A stretch of DNA of 64,000 bases, from positions 99,014,001-99,078,000 of the forward strand of contig NC_043002.1 in assembly GCF_006345805.1 (NCBI RefSeq). Reading direction: 5' to 3'. Made by a program: the position numbers and the translations under genes. Under the pieces are notes generated by a model, which was given only the letters and a program-made list of their open reading frames with translations, was not told the DNA's origin and did no database searches. Below are positions 50,366 to 64,000 of this stretch, piece by piece. Source of the stretch: Octopus sinensis. Lineage: Eukaryota. Within the stretch, counting starts at the first letter, position 1. Each line of letters opens with the position of its first letter.

Positions 50366-53300
50366 CTGAAAAGCTTTTATCTATTCAGAGAGGAATTCAC
50401 ATTTACCAACATACATTTCTGTCTTCTGGATATCGGCAATAACGACATTTATTTACTCCAACTCAAAGCCCCTCTTACTTATTCTTCTGTTGAAGTCCTG
50501 CTACACAGAGAGGAAACCTTTCAGGCTGCGAAACGGCAGGATCATTAGAGTGTTCAATAGAGTATCTCACGATATTTGTTCCGAGTGTCTGCAACTAGTG
50601 TTCAAGTACCGCTGGAATCGATAAAAGTACAAATAGCTTGGGCAGAAAAGATGGATCGGCCAAATTGTGAGAACTTCAGACTGGGTGTATTGACGTATTT
50701 GCTTCTGCACTTTGTATTCAAAGTTCAAGTCATGCATAGCCTACAAGGGTTGCACACCTAATCTGTCACATGGTTTAACATCGCCACCTGGGAACTTGAA
50801 TTTCTTTAGCGGAGTTCGTTCTGTTGCAAGCATTCGGTTTATGTCTTCGGGTTGTTGATATTTTCTTCCCTTACTCTCTATCGCTTTTCTTTCTTTCGCA
50901 CTCACACACACACACACGCATACACACACACACATGCACACACACACACACACATACACACACACACACACATACAGACACAAACACACACACGCATGTC
51001 TCTCTACCACATGCTTCGGGGGCATTATAAATAGTCATGGAAACTGCCTTCCCCACTGACTAAAAAGATAAAAGAAGTCCGTTTACCTTTCTGGAAAATC
51101 TATCACCCACCTGCTCCTGCGTCCCTGTATAACGTCCTATATTGAGAACATCTATCTCATCTCAGTTATCCATGAAAACATTATCCAGGAATTAGGAACT
51201 GCAATAGCCACTTGTACACTAACAGCGTTGCTACAGACAGCAAATCGTTTGCCATTCTGAATTGTGAGGCCAATTAATATTCATACACACAAATATCATT
51301 GACTAACAACCAGCACTCTAGAAACCCATACCATTTTTTCTAAAATATCACCATCTCTCCATACATCGCATCATGTCTACTACCAAATCAAGGTAAGACA
51401 ATACAACACATTCTCTTAACGAAGCGTCTGATAGTTTATGTTAAATAAGTGGTCAGACCTCTAGCAATTTTATGTCGACTATCGTGACAGATAAATGAGC
51501 TTTACGTCATACACAACCAAATGCCTAAGCAGGTCTCTAACTCTATTACTATAAAAAGGTCCCAGCATACTTCTTTGACAATTTGAGCAGACAGCTTAGT
51601 GTTGGGAATGCACAAATGTCATAAGATAAGAATTGCCAAGTTATTTAGTGTGGCAACAGAAATTTGTTTCAGAAACTTATCCTATGTTGTCTTGCACTGC
51701 GTCCTTAAACACTTGGTGGATTCGTAGGGACACTATTGTGGCATACAGTGTGTCTTGGGTATTCATTTATCTATAACGGAGCTCATTCGACTTCTGATTT
51801 CATCATAGCCGATATTTCCCAGAAAGTGAAGAATGCAGATAGAAAGAAAACGTGAAGAAACAGAAGAATTGATTCCAGTAGGGGACTGGTACTTTATCAG
51901 TCCCAGTAGGAGTAGGATGAAATGTTAAAGATTCAACCTCAGAGAGTAAACCTTCAAAACAATTACGCAAAGCAATCTATCCGACATCCTAATGATTCTC
52001 TTAAGTGCGTTTGAAAGAACTTTTAAAAGTACACGACAGCGAACACAAATCAAAACATTTCGTAAATGAACATATTGAACCTTTATTTATATGCACGTAA
52101 TTGTTAACATTTATGTATTTTTTAATAAGTCGGGGAAGGAAGGAATGACAGTGTCCGAGAACTTTGCATGGTTTCCCAGACCGAGATTCAGGCAGATGAA
52201 GCCAAGCTTGTATAGCTACAAGTAAAGACTTACAGAAAACCATGGACTAAAGGAAAACTTACGGTGTAGGCGTCATGCTTAGCACAATATGAATTCTATT
52301 TATGACCCCACTAAAGACCAGATGGTTGTGTTAAACTATGCAGTGTGTTAAGCCTACAAGCCAAAAGCCAGACTTTCTACTCACACATATATAATAAAAA
52401 TTAATATTTCCTGTTTAGTTACCAATGCTGAGATTATTTTCTAATTTTCACCAGGATTCAGAATTGTTCTAGGAATCTAATTAAAATTATGGATGTAATT
52501 AATCTACGCAGTTATTTATCATTGACTACCACCATTAGTTTATGATTTGATTGCTTTCTTACAAATAAATTAATTGAGCAATTTTTGGTATGCTGTTATT
52601 TATAATTCTTATTTCATTTCTTATGGCCACAATTTCAATAATTTAATTTCGCTATTTTTATTTAATTCAATATTGAAATAAATTTCAATTTAATTTCTGC
52701 GTTAAAAAAATCCCAAAACTTTCTTTTTACTATGAAAGCAATAAAATTTAATTCATCCAGAAGACAAAAAAAAAAAACAATAAAAAAGTTTCCACCATTT
52801 TGGAAAATAATTCTATTCAATAAGTGTCAGCTATTCTCAGAAGAATATAACACAAATATTATGTAATTTTTTAGTTTAGACTTAAAAACAAGAACAACTT
52901 GCTGATGCGTAATATTTTGTTATCTCTGAAAATAAATTTTTCTTGTAATTATGTTTTCTGATTTAGATACGAAGCCAGTAGGATGGAAGTAGACGATAAG
53001 TTCGATTTCTGCGCTATACTATTATTTTCATCCCCAGAGGAATAGCAATGAAAGTGAAAGTGTATATGGATGAGAAGTGAAGTTATTTATTTGTAATAAA
53101 ATAATACAAATATTGAGAGATTTAAAAAAATACCTAATTTATAAATACATTACTGTGAATACATTCACTTGTTGATATTTATTAATCCATGATCTATATA
53201 TGAGAATTCTTTTGATAAATATTCCACTCGATGTGCGGTAAACAGTAAAATAAATAATGTCTCTACTATAGCACATATAACATATAGATATTATTTCGCG

Positions 53301-53402
53301 AAATTATCTATATAATTATGGCAGTTTCAGTTTATATTGAAATATGGCGTAAATTAATCTTATTTACCTCTTTAAACTTTCACAATAAAGAGAGGAACAC
53401 AA

Positions 53403-53482
53403 AACGAATATATTTTATCCTATTTATCCAAATAATATTCACTAGATAACTATTTGGATAAGTAGGATAAAATACATTCGTT
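53403..53482. other. Isolated 32-bp-stem hairpin
   Basis: Arms 53403-53434 and 53451-53482 differ at 2 positions; 16-nt loop. Confidence 0.8.
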
Positions 53483-54059
53483 GAGGTGCCGATTCTTCAG
53501 GCAGAACAGGCTGAGATGGAAATTATTCAGGTAGACATTTATGGGGTTGCTATTTTTCAACTGACCCATTTATTGTTTAGTAAATCAATACAAAAGAACG
53601 ATATGATCGATAAGGTCAAGTATTCTTCTTGAATTCTAAGCAAAATGAAGGATGGAGAAAAACAAAGGCAGGGTGAGATTTCTAGAGTAGCAAAGTCTGG
53701 GGAACACGGACAATGTATAATGATTACAAATCTCAGAGTCAACAACGGCTGGATTTAATGTGAGAACGTGGAAAGAGAAGAGAACGTTTTAGCCTTTAGT
53801 TCGGGAATCATGAAATACTAAATATTCTTTTCTAATACAGACATAAATTCCCAATTTTGGAATCCAGTCTAGAGATTCCATTATTGAGGGCTTACGTCTC
53901 CTTTCTCCAGGAAAAGTTTCATGTATTGGTAAACAGGAACGGTGTTGGAGAGCATAAAGATTAAAGTTGTAAGTTGAGCAAACGTAGCTGACAGAGGAGA
54001 TTGGAAGCCATCTGAATCCTGGAAAAGAATTACATTATCATGATGATTCACTCCAGTAT

Positions 54060-54715
54060 CAAAATACTGGCGTCATGACGACTGCTCAAAGCTCTATGAA
54101 CACTCTAAAGGCTACAGTACGACGTGACATGGACAACTGCCACTCAGACCCCAAGCCATGGTAAGTTGTAAGGGACACGCCAAGCATTCTGATTACATCC
54201 ACACGTCGGAGATCATCCCCACATCTTTGAGTAGGGTTTTAGGATCAAATAACACAGCTATGGGAAGTTGCTGGAGACTGTAGTGCAACCCTGACCAGAG
54301 GGCATCGCTGATGTAAAGCCATATGCGTGGCAGTAGGATTCAGTTCCTTGCAATACCTCCGGAACAAGTCTGAGGTGGGTGGCTGCCGGAACATTTCGAC
54401 GACTTCGCAAGCACCAATTTTTGGCTCCTAATTCTCCTAATTGCAATCATATAGATTACTATGTATGGAGCGCCTGCTACACCAAGGCCGAGCTAGTGTC
54501 CATGATCAAGGAGGTGTTCGAAGACCATCTCATGGACGCAGTGAGGAATGCGTGTGTCAGGTTCCAAAGCCGTCTTGAGGCTGCGATCGAGCAGAGTAAA
54601 CTGTTGTATTTCAACCACAATCATATTGATATTTAGAATAAAATTGAATACTTTTATTGGTGGGTGAGATATCGTATGTTTTTCTTTTCGTGCAAACTGT
54701 CAAATTCATCCCCAA
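54060..54715 (+). pseudogene. Second DD37D (maT-type) transposase remnant, internally deleted
   Basis: KGHAKHSDYIHTSEII; KPYAWQ*DSVPC; APNSPNCNHIDYYVWSA; VRNACVRFQSRLEAAIE. Confidence 0.8.
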
Positions 54716-54904
54716 AATTCTACATTTTATCGAAACTAGAAGAATTAAAGGAAAAGTCGATTTTACTTCAGGATTTTAACATTTAGATTTAAACTGACAA
54801 CGTAAAAATGTATTGACCTAAATACTTTTTTTTTCTTTGGTTTAGTCTAAAAGAAAGTGTTGTATCCAATGCTTTCTGAGATGCTCCGTGATTGGTGGTA
54901 TCGA

Positions 54905-55160
54905 ATTGGTTAATGACACCATAGCTGTAGGTTGACAGCTGCATAAAGAACATAGTCTAAGGAGAGAATTTCCAGAAGGCCAATGAGGGTGGAATGGGTG
55001 AAACAGTTTATGTAGGGTGTGAAGAAGACACAATACAGATGATAAGAAGAGTAGAGAGACTAATAAACGCAGACAGCTTAATTAGAGGTGGCACAATATT
55101 AGCCAATGTCCGACAGTCAGAGATCAACGTAATCGTCGTCTTAAAGGCTGGACGAGAAGA
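54905..55160 (-). mobile_element. Heavily decayed CR1/L2/Jockey-group LINE 3' fragment
   Basis: Residual QPLRRR, ANIVPP, SHP and WNSLP-like motifs across frameshifts. Confidence 0.35.
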
Positions 55161-55631
55161 TAACACGATATTGTGTAGCAGAATTTTCATAGCATTTGTG
55201 TACAAAATTATGACAGTCAGTTAGGTGGCCATTTTTATTTATTACACATTCAACTACTGCTGTCGTCTAGTGACATATATCAAAAAATATTGCAATGTTC
55301 CTTCACAATATAAAGCTACATTCACGTCTCTCGTGTGAATAGTTGAAAAATGAGATTGGCTTCTCTTAGAATGACTTTTGGATGTGTTTTTCTTTCAATA
55401 TAAATATTTGATTACTAGTGTATACAAGTTTCTGACAGTGAATATATATTAATAATTCCAATCAAAGATATGAAATAAAGAATCCAAAATAGTTCAGATG
55501 TGATTTTAAAAAATAGTGCTGAAATAATTAATCAATATTTCATATATACATACTTATATGCGTACAGACACATACATGCATACTCGCATGCATATATGCA
55601 TGTGTATATATATATATATATACACACACAT

Positions 55632-55679
<48 letters not shown>

Positions 55680-55731
55680 TTAAAAATACATACACACACA
55701 CACACACACATACACACACACACACACACAT

Positions 55732-55766
<35 letters not shown>

Positions 55767-55927
55767 ATATATATATATATACATAGACTTACACACACAC
55801 ACACATAAAAACACCCACACCCACAGTCACACAAAAAAATGGCATAGACAGAGAGACAGGGATATATGTATGCTTGTCCAATATAGAATTAAACATGGAT
55901 AACAACCTAGTGTTATCTACCGAAACA

Positions 55928-56160
55928 GGCAGCGAGCTGGCAGAAACGTTAGCACGTCGGGCGAAATGCTTAGCGGTATTTCGTCTGCCGTTACGTTGTG
56001 AGTTCAAATTCCACCGAGGTCGACTTTGCCTTTCATCCTTTCGGGGTCGATAAATTAAGTACGAGCTACGTACTGGGGTCGATGTAATCGACTTAATACC
56101 TATGTCTGTCCTTGTTTGTCCCTTCTATGTTTAGCCCCTTGTGGGTAATAAAAAAAAATA
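55928..56160 (+). mobile_element. SINE family G, full length with 16-bp TSD
   Basis: TGGCAGAAACG A-box-like and GAGTTCAAATTCC B-box motifs, A-rich tail; GTTATCTACCGAAACA at 55912-55927 and 56161-56176. Confidence 0.92.
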
Positions 56161-56384
56161 GTTATCTACCGAAACAACGGCTGTAAATTTTAAGTCCCAT
56201 TTGTGTTATTTATTATACCTACGCCGTATCTGGAACCAGTCCTGAATTTACTGCCTAAATTGGATTTAGCATTTACATAACTATATTATCTTACCAACAA
56301 CTTATAACTCCATGGCTGTTTTACATTACTGTGAGAGATATGTTATATATATGTATATATATATACTTTTAATAAAGTATCAAT

Positions 56385-56740
56385 ATTCCTTCTACTCTAG
56401 GCACAAGGCCCGAAATTTTGGGGGAGGGAGCCAATCGATTAGATCGACCCCAGTACGGAACAGGTAGTTAATTTATCGACCTCGAAAGGATGAGAGGTAA
56501 AAACAGACGAAATACCTATTTTTTTACTACCCACAAGGGGCTAAACACAGAGAGGAAAAACAAGGACAGACAAACGGATTATGACGATTATATCTACTCC
56601 ACTGGCACTTATTTAATCGACCCCGAAAGGATGAAAGGTAAAGTCGACCTCGGCGGAGTTTGAACTCAGAGCGTAACGGCAGACGAAATACCGCTAAGCA
56701 TTTCGCCCGGCGTGCTAACGATTCTGCCAGCTCGCCGACT
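56385..56740 (-). mobile_element. Two adjacent SINE family G copies with different tails
   Basis: ~56385-56505 has tail variant 1; ~56510-56740 has tail variant 2. Confidence 0.85.
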
Positions 56741-57387
56741 TCAAAGGATTTTATTTCTACCAACAGCAAACTGGTTCGATTTCATCAGGAGGTGAAATGG
56801 AATTATTCCATGAAGGAAATATTGGTCTCTGCTTCAAATTATTCTTCTTGCATGGTTAACATTCTATGCTTGTGTAAGAGGTGATTGTTTTCTTCGTTTT
56901 TAAATTCAGGTGTGTATAAACATGCTCACAGAGAAAAATATACACACAACATACATAAACAGACATACGGCTGCATAATATTTCGCACAAACATCCACAC
57001 ACTCAGACACGCACCCACGTAGTATCATCACATGGTCGGCAACAAAACACGGCGTAACGGTGAGTGAAGTCTCAGATCAAATAATGGCTTCCAATTGAGG
57101 CATAATGCAAAGAGTTTTGAGGGGATGGGATGAGTCGATACAGTCGACTTCAATACATGACTAATGATATATTCCTTATCGATCCTAGCGCCATGAAAGG
57201 CTGCGTTGACATCAGCAGAATTTGCATTCAGAACTTAGAAGGGTAGGAGAAACACAACAAAAAAAATATATGTTTGTGACAGCTTTCTGGCATCCTGCTC
57301 CTAAAGGCATATGAATGTGTGCGTACACAATACACACACGTATATAAGGCTTATATATATATGAATATATGAATGCGTGTGTGTGAG

Positions 57388-57430
<43 letters not shown>

Positions 57431-57994
57431 TAAATAAAAAATAAAAAATTAAAAATTAATATTTAACATTATAATCGATTGTATGACATAATCATAATCG
57501 TTAAGCTTCTTGTTTGATAATAGAGTTTTTTAAAAGAAAATATTATTTTTTTCTTTATTTCTTAAAAAATATTGTTTAAATATTTCTGATTATTTATTGA
57601 AATATTTTAATTCACCTAAATATTGACTATAATGATTATTAGAATTATTAATTGAATTTAAATTATTGTGATTCGAATTGGTTAATGGGCATGAAACGAT
57701 CGTAGTGGTTTTACTCTTTATCGTATATTAAACTTTTAATACATTTTGATATTTATATTTAAAAAATAAATAATTAAATAAATAAATAATAAAAAAAAAT
57801 ATATTTAAAAATTTATAAGTATAAATTATTAATTTAAATAATTTTTAAATTTTAACTTTTTTTTAAATATTTAAAATTTTGAATTTTAAATTTTATATAC
57901 TTTTTATATATTTTTTATTAATTAATTTTATTTCTATGTATTGGTTTATGATTTTCACTGTTTGATTTGCCTACTAGTGGTCTTATCTCTAATT

Positions 57995-58037
<43 letters not shown>

Positions 58038-58043
58038 ATATAT

Positions 58044-58075
<32 letters not shown>

Positions 58076-58159
58076 TACACACAAATTCATAGGTATACAT
58101 ATATGTATATGTATGTATGTATGCTTCTATATATCTATCATGTGCCTTTAGTAGAGAGA

Positions 58160-58191
<32 letters not shown>

Positions 58192-58209
58192 ATTATTATT
58201 ATTATTATT

Positions 58210-58710
58210 GAGGGAGAGATCAGTGCATACTATTACAGTAACACTGGAGTACAAATATACACATCATGACTATCCGTCTGATAAGGGTACACCAGGCACA
58301 TGCATCACCACCATTTGTGCGCGACATAGTGATCTCATATAAAGATAAACAACGCATAACCTTGTAGGTGAGGACCAGTTAAAACTTTCTGCAGGTCGAG
58401 TAGCCCATCCTGGTCCAAAGAATAAGAGTTGTTTCAGGATCCTGAACGAAACATCCATGCTTTCAGATGTGAATTATTCAAATCCCCCCAAATTCATTCC
58501 AATACACTACTTCTGCTCGTGATCAGAGATGCACACATCGTCAGCCTCTAAGGGACATGCTCAGCTGGTTAAGGTCAAACCACTGCCTATTAACTTTATA
58601 GTATTAAGCAGAATATTTGCTGCAGCACATCTTTTTATACGATGACAAATCAAGTACATAATAACACTTCCAATCACTTAGGACCAGAAGCCATTAGAGC
58701 CAGTGCCTGA
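58210..58710 (-). mobile_element. Family H element in (ATT)n
   Basis: Homologous to 5424 and 59121. Confidence 0.8.
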
Positions 58711-58771
58711 TATTATTATTATTATTTTTATTATTATTATTTTATTATTATTATTATTATTATTGTTATTA

Positions 58772-58847
<76 letters not shown>

Positions 58848-59019
58848 CGTTATTATTATTATTATTATCATTATCATCATTATTATTATCATCATTATTA
58901 TATATTTGTTATTATCATTATCATCATTATTATTATTATCATTATTATTTTTATTGTTGTTGTGGTTTTGTTATTATTATTCCTATTATTATTATTGTTG
59001 ATATTATCATTATCATTAC

Positions 59020-59062
<43 letters not shown>

Positions 59063-59120
59063 GTTGTTGTTGTTGCTGTTTTTTTTTGTTGTGGCTGTTG
59101 TTGTTGTTGTTGTTGTTATT
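58711..59120. repeat. (ATT)n/(ATC)n/(GTT)n trinucleotide array
   Basis: Direct inspection. Confidence 0.95.
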
Positions 59121-59656
59121 GAATAAGTGAGCCGTACATGCCTCAAAGTGACACTGGGGCAAAAAATACGAAGCCCAGTTTACCAATCATGACTACCCAT
59201 CTGATAAGGGTACACTAGGCACATGTATCACAACCACATGTGCGCGACATGAAGATCTCATATCAAGATAGACAACACATGATTTTGCAGTTGGGGCCCT
59301 GTTAGAATTTTATTCATGTAGAAAAGCCCATCTCATTCAAAATGTCCCTGAATAAGGGTTGTTTAAGAATGTTGAACGAAACACCCATGTTTCCAGAGGT
59401 GAATTATCCAAACCCCGCAAAATTCCTCTCAACACATTGCAATGATGCTCGCCCACTACTTCTGCTCATGATCAAAGATGCATATAACGTCAGCCACTAT
59501 GGGCCATGGTCAACTGGTTAAGGTCAAACAACTGACAAGCAAATCAGTGCTATTGAGCACAATATTTGCTCTAGCCCATCTTTTATACCAAGACAAAACA
59601 ATGTACATGATAACACTTCCAATCAATTAACATACGCAGCCATGAGAGCCACTGTC
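59121..59656 (-). mobile_element. Family H element, apparently full length
   Basis: 5' end (CA[C/G]TGGCTCT[A/C]ATGGCT on minus) coincides with that of the 58210 copy. Confidence 0.8.
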
Positions 59657-60237
59657 TATTACTGCATTATCATAATTATCATCATGATCATCCTGATCCT
59701 GATCATGATCATGATCATGATCATCATCATGATCATCATGATCATCATCATCGTCATTATTATTGTTATTATTATTATTATTATTATATTATTATTATTA
59801 TTATTATTATTATATTATTATTATTATTATTATTATTCTATCCCGATATGCCGAGATCGAGACATTAACTCTTTGTTGCCAGTTATAAAAGAAAGAGTGA
59901 ATGGCTTCTACTTGCAATAAAATCCATCCAAAGCAATCAATGTTGTAACTGATAATTTCCAGACGACAGTAATCTCTGTGATATTTGTTGTCATAAATAC
60001 CCTGGATATTATTTTAATCGCTATTTGCATTTGATTCTTGTTTTCAACATTATCATCGTATTTTTTTTCAAATTCACCATTTCTCTGCAATGCTATTCAA
60101 TGTGATGATGGTATGCATTATATTCCAAGGAGGCTCCTAACTACAACCGAGTAAAACAGAATTTTTTCTAAATAACCAATTAATTATCAGTTTAGGAAAA
60201 AAATGTCCTATAACTTCTCATGTATATATATATATAT

Positions 60238-60328
<91 letters not shown>

Positions 60329-60654
60329 TATATATCATATTTAATATTAAATCTGAAACCAAACGGAAAAAAATATCACAAGCAATTAACATACAAATAT
60401 CAACTGCCTTTTCTTTATGTATCAAAACGATGCCTGTATTAAAATGATATTTAAATCTCAAAGAAAGCACTATCAGAAACAAAAGAAGAAATTGTTATAT
60501 TTAAGACTTGTCAATAATGGAAAATTTAAACGTAAATGCGTCTTATAATGTTAAATAGCCTTAGGTAGAAACACATTAAATTCAAATACCTAAACACCGT
60601 GTATTTTGTAGCCCATTTGCAGTTTATTGTACTGATTTCCTAATGGATGGTGTG

Positions 60655-60753
<99 letters not shown>

Positions 60754-60775
60754 GATAATGATGATGATGATAATG

Positions 60776-60826
<51 letters not shown>

Positions 60827-60920
60827 GTAATAATAATAATGATAATAATAATGACGATGATAATGACGATCAGGAGGTTGATGACAAGGAGGAAGTGGAT
60901 AATGATAATAATAATAATAA
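60655..60920. repeat. (ACT)n/(AAT)n/(GAT)n trinucleotide array
   Basis: Direct inspection. Confidence 0.95.
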
Positions 60921-61039
60921 AATGTTAACAACCCTCTCATGTTAAATGGTGACATTAATTTGAGAAAATAGCGTTTATAAGTTTTTAAAACGTCATAATT
61001 GTTTTAATATTCATCAATAACATCGCAAAGAACTTTATC

Positions 61040-61595
61040 ATCATCATCATCATCATCATCATCATTTTTTTTTCCTTCTTTCTTCAAATCTTCTTCCGTT
61101 TCTCGCCGAGTGTTTACTGTACACCTAGGGCAGAGAACCTCATTGTATGCATTCCCAGATTACACACGCAAAGTCACAGGTAAAATAGGTATTTAAAAAT
61201 TAATAAATAAATAAATTCATGAATGGATGTTGTTTTCACAGCGATAATGCTCTTCTCAGTACATGAGCCGTTCCAGTTAACACGATTTTTTGCACTTTCT
61301 ATAGGGATGGTAAGCCTGGTATCATTTTCAAATAGGTTCCAGTTCCTTTTTTTATCATTCATAGATATCCTACAATCACTGGTACTGTAGTCGCCTTGAG
61401 ATGCCAAATTTTAAATATTTCTATTAGCAAGTCTTTTTATTTACTTATCTTGTCAAAATCTTTCGCCGCTATATTGTGATCACAGGGAATACTCATGTCA
61501 ATTAATAAACATCTTTTTTGTCTGATCTTTTATAATAATATCCCGTTTATTAGCTTTTACTGTTTTGTCGGTATGTACGGGGAAGTCCCAAAAAT
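61040..61595 (-). mobile_element. R4/Dong-clade retrotransposon 3' fragment with RLE endonuclease remnant
   Basis: FWDFPVHTDKTVKANKRDIIIKD..., by frameshift CLLIDMSIPCDHN...KISK*KDLLIEIFKIWHLK...VQKIVLTGTAHVLRRALSL*; 3' UTR similar to 6036-6200; (GAT)n tail. Confidence 0.85.
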
Positions 61596-61987
61596 CGACA
61601 CAGCTTGAAGAGAAAGGGGGCAACTGTTGTTGCAAAGAAAGTAAAATGAATGGCAACTAAAAAAGTGCATGAATCCAGATTCTCGTGATTGCGAAGATAC
61701 CTTTTTAATTAATTGGTCATATCAGCATTCACTGTGAACTTTACTGGTCTCCCGACATGCACGCACGCACTAATCTGCCTAATTTATATCAAACATATAT
61801 AAATACAGAAGCAAACACGGGCGCTTCTATGTGGTGAACAAACAAACACAATAATCTATATTCGTGAAAAGGTAACACACATTAGATAATGTAGTTCTAG
61901 ATATTGGAATGACGATTATGTGGCCCGTAGACAAAAAAAAACTGCTATTGATCAGAAAATGCACTGTGCTTCCCCACCTGAAAGAAA

Positions 61988-62364
61988 TCTTTATATATAA
62001 AAGTCAAGTTGTGTGTCTGTCTCCTACGATTTAGATTCCTAACTACTCCCACATTTTGTGGTGCAGTTTAACCAAAACCGGGTATCTTATAGTCGGGATT
62101 CATATCGAGCCCTTCGATGAGTCAAAGATTTAAAAACAAATTTACCATCATTTTTTTCCATTTTAATGCATTTGTTCGCTATTATATAAGGGAAGTAACT
62201 CTCTAAAATGTCTACGATGAGTCAACGATTTAAAAAAAATTTACCATAATTTTTTCTTCCATTTTTAATGCATTTTTTTGCTATTTTTTTGGCTATAACT
62301 CTCTAAAGATGCTTATATAGTTATTTCCCTTACAAACCCGAGCAACGCCGGGCGATACTGCTAG
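61988..62364 (+). mobile_element. Non-autonomous Helitron family D
   Basis: A|TC...hairpin-CTAG|T; small internal deletion. Confidence 0.92.
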
Positions 62365-63921
62365 TATGAAATAAAATAAAGTCAACGTTCTGATGACATA
62401 CAGGACATAAATTCTTATTTGTCGCTAATATTTATGCCTCTTGGTAAAACACTTAAAGCGTCTATTAAGATGGGTTTTTTTTAACAAAGGGGAACAGGTT
62501 GCCTCAGTAGCCTTTCAGTGAATTCTGAAGCTGGTTGAAGGAGCATAATTATTCTCAAACCGAAGATTTCTCTCAAAAGCTTACAGCTGCGCAGACATTG
62601 CCTAGCTCGGTGGTACTGTTAGACTGTGTGATTGATTATTGTTGCTGTACTTCTATGTTAATTTTACTGTTACTCTAGTTCAGGGAAATATTGGTCAGCT
62701 CTGTAAAATGTCCTTGGTCATGCAAGTGATTAATTCTCATTCTCACTTGCATTCTCATGCAAGCGAGATTTTATTACCCAACTTATTCTAATCTGTTTTC
62801 TCTCAGGAACGAATTCATACCTATCGGAACATAAATAATTCACCATGTTTCTCTTAATCTTTTCCGATTTTAGTTGCTTTCTGTATTTCCTTCCAAATAT
62901 AACATAGTTTGTTGTAGTATCTCCATTCTCAGCACTGAGAGAGACAACCTTCATAGAAATTGCTCTACGATTATTACAACATATTACACGACACATTACA
63001 TTGGTCTACTGTATCTAGGAACATACTACTCAAAGTGTCCTTCATTTGCAATTTTGAAAACGGAATGGTTTATGAAAGGAATTGAACCGCTATTTTTATA
63101 AGACTGAGGATTTGGCTTAGAGGCTATCTCATTAATTTTGACCATTATTATATAGTATAATCAATACGAAGTCATTGGCATTACTAAACACACAATATAT
63201 TGCAGTCTTTCTCTGTGCTAGACCAAGTGTGTCCTAAAATGTATAACATCTGAAGCCAAGACATTGTATTATCGATTCATTATAAATGTTTCCATAAACA
63301 TATTTCAATCAGCGGGATTGAGATCATTCATTATAACGCTATTCACCATCACATTTTGTAGTATGTTATTATCGTCCCCGTCCGCACCTTCAAGAAACTA
63401 ATTCAGCTATCTAAAGATATTGTCTCATTAATCTATACCAAACACAAGTTCTACAAAATAGATGAGGACCCATCAACTATACCATGTTTCCTTCGTCGTT
63501 TTCGAAGATGACTAATCAATACGTCCATTAGCTGAACTACTTACAAATTCACGTATACGCAGCTAAGTATTCCATAACCACGTGGTTTATCATCATAATT
63601 CCCTTGTCGAAACAGAGACTTGTACATAACACAGTTAGACCTCTGAATTTCAACATGATATTGAGTGTAATAAGGTTGCTTAAATTGGTTATAAATTACT
63701 TTATAACAGAGGGAATTCCATATAGTTTCAGTCTTGCTAACATCATTACAATTTTCGAATAGAAGTTACTTGGCTAAAGTACGAGACAGTAAAATCAAAT
63801 CCGGGATCTTGTGATTGCGAGGCGAACTTCTCAATTAATCGATCATACCAGCGAACACTGTGGACTTTACAACGCTCTAGACAGGCACGCAGGCAGAAAT
63901 CTGCATCGTTTATATTGAATA

Positions 63922-64000
63922 CTAGCAGTATCGCCCGGCGTTGCTCGGGTTTGTAAGGGAAATAACTATATAAGCATTTTTAAAGATGTAAAGTATAATA
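63922..64000 (-). mobile_element. Helitron family D 3' end, cut by the window edge
   Basis: A|CTAGCAGTATCGCCCGGCGTTGCTCGGG. Confidence 0.9.

Noticed and set aside
56910-57059. Plus-strand acceptor/donor pair (also 51075-51255 and 44730-44790 on minus)
   Set aside because: Stops in all three frames; could be non-coding exons, but sequence alone cannot support this.
57420-57940. Extremely AT-rich 500-bp stretch, possible mitochondrial insertion
   Set aside because: No recognisable mitochondrial gene, tRNA or rRNA motif; composition alone is not enough.

Overview
AT-rich eukaryotic DNA, dense in microsatellites and transposon debris. The repeat families look like a coleoid cephalopod, probably Octopus (my recollection, no database check). 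There is no long intact CDS, no rRNA, no intact tRNA and no CRISPR array. Nearly all long ORFs in the supplied track are translations of (TA)n, (CA)n, (TACA)n or (AAT)n repeats. Supported elements: four tRNA-headed SINE families (working names A, E, F, G); a non-autonomous Helitron family (7 copies, TC...hairpin-CTAG, A|T target); decayed DD37D maT/Tc1-mariner and FLYWCH-MULE transposases; 3' fragments of RTE, CR1-group and R4/Dong LINEs; a TA-flanked foldback MITE; and several weak candidate exons of a minus-strand host gene. Main observations: (1) two related ~200-bp families (B, C) carry minimal hammerhead-ribozyme folds with covarying stem I and a palindromic stem III, as in Penelope-like elements; (2) a ~500-bp non-coding element (H) sits in AAT tracts near R4/Dong fragments; (3) an RTE insertion has twin-priming geometry; (4) several SINE/LINE 3'-tail partnerships are visible; (5) there are isolated pre-miRNA-sized hairpins. 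All alignments and folds were done by eye, and many repeat boundaries are approximate.
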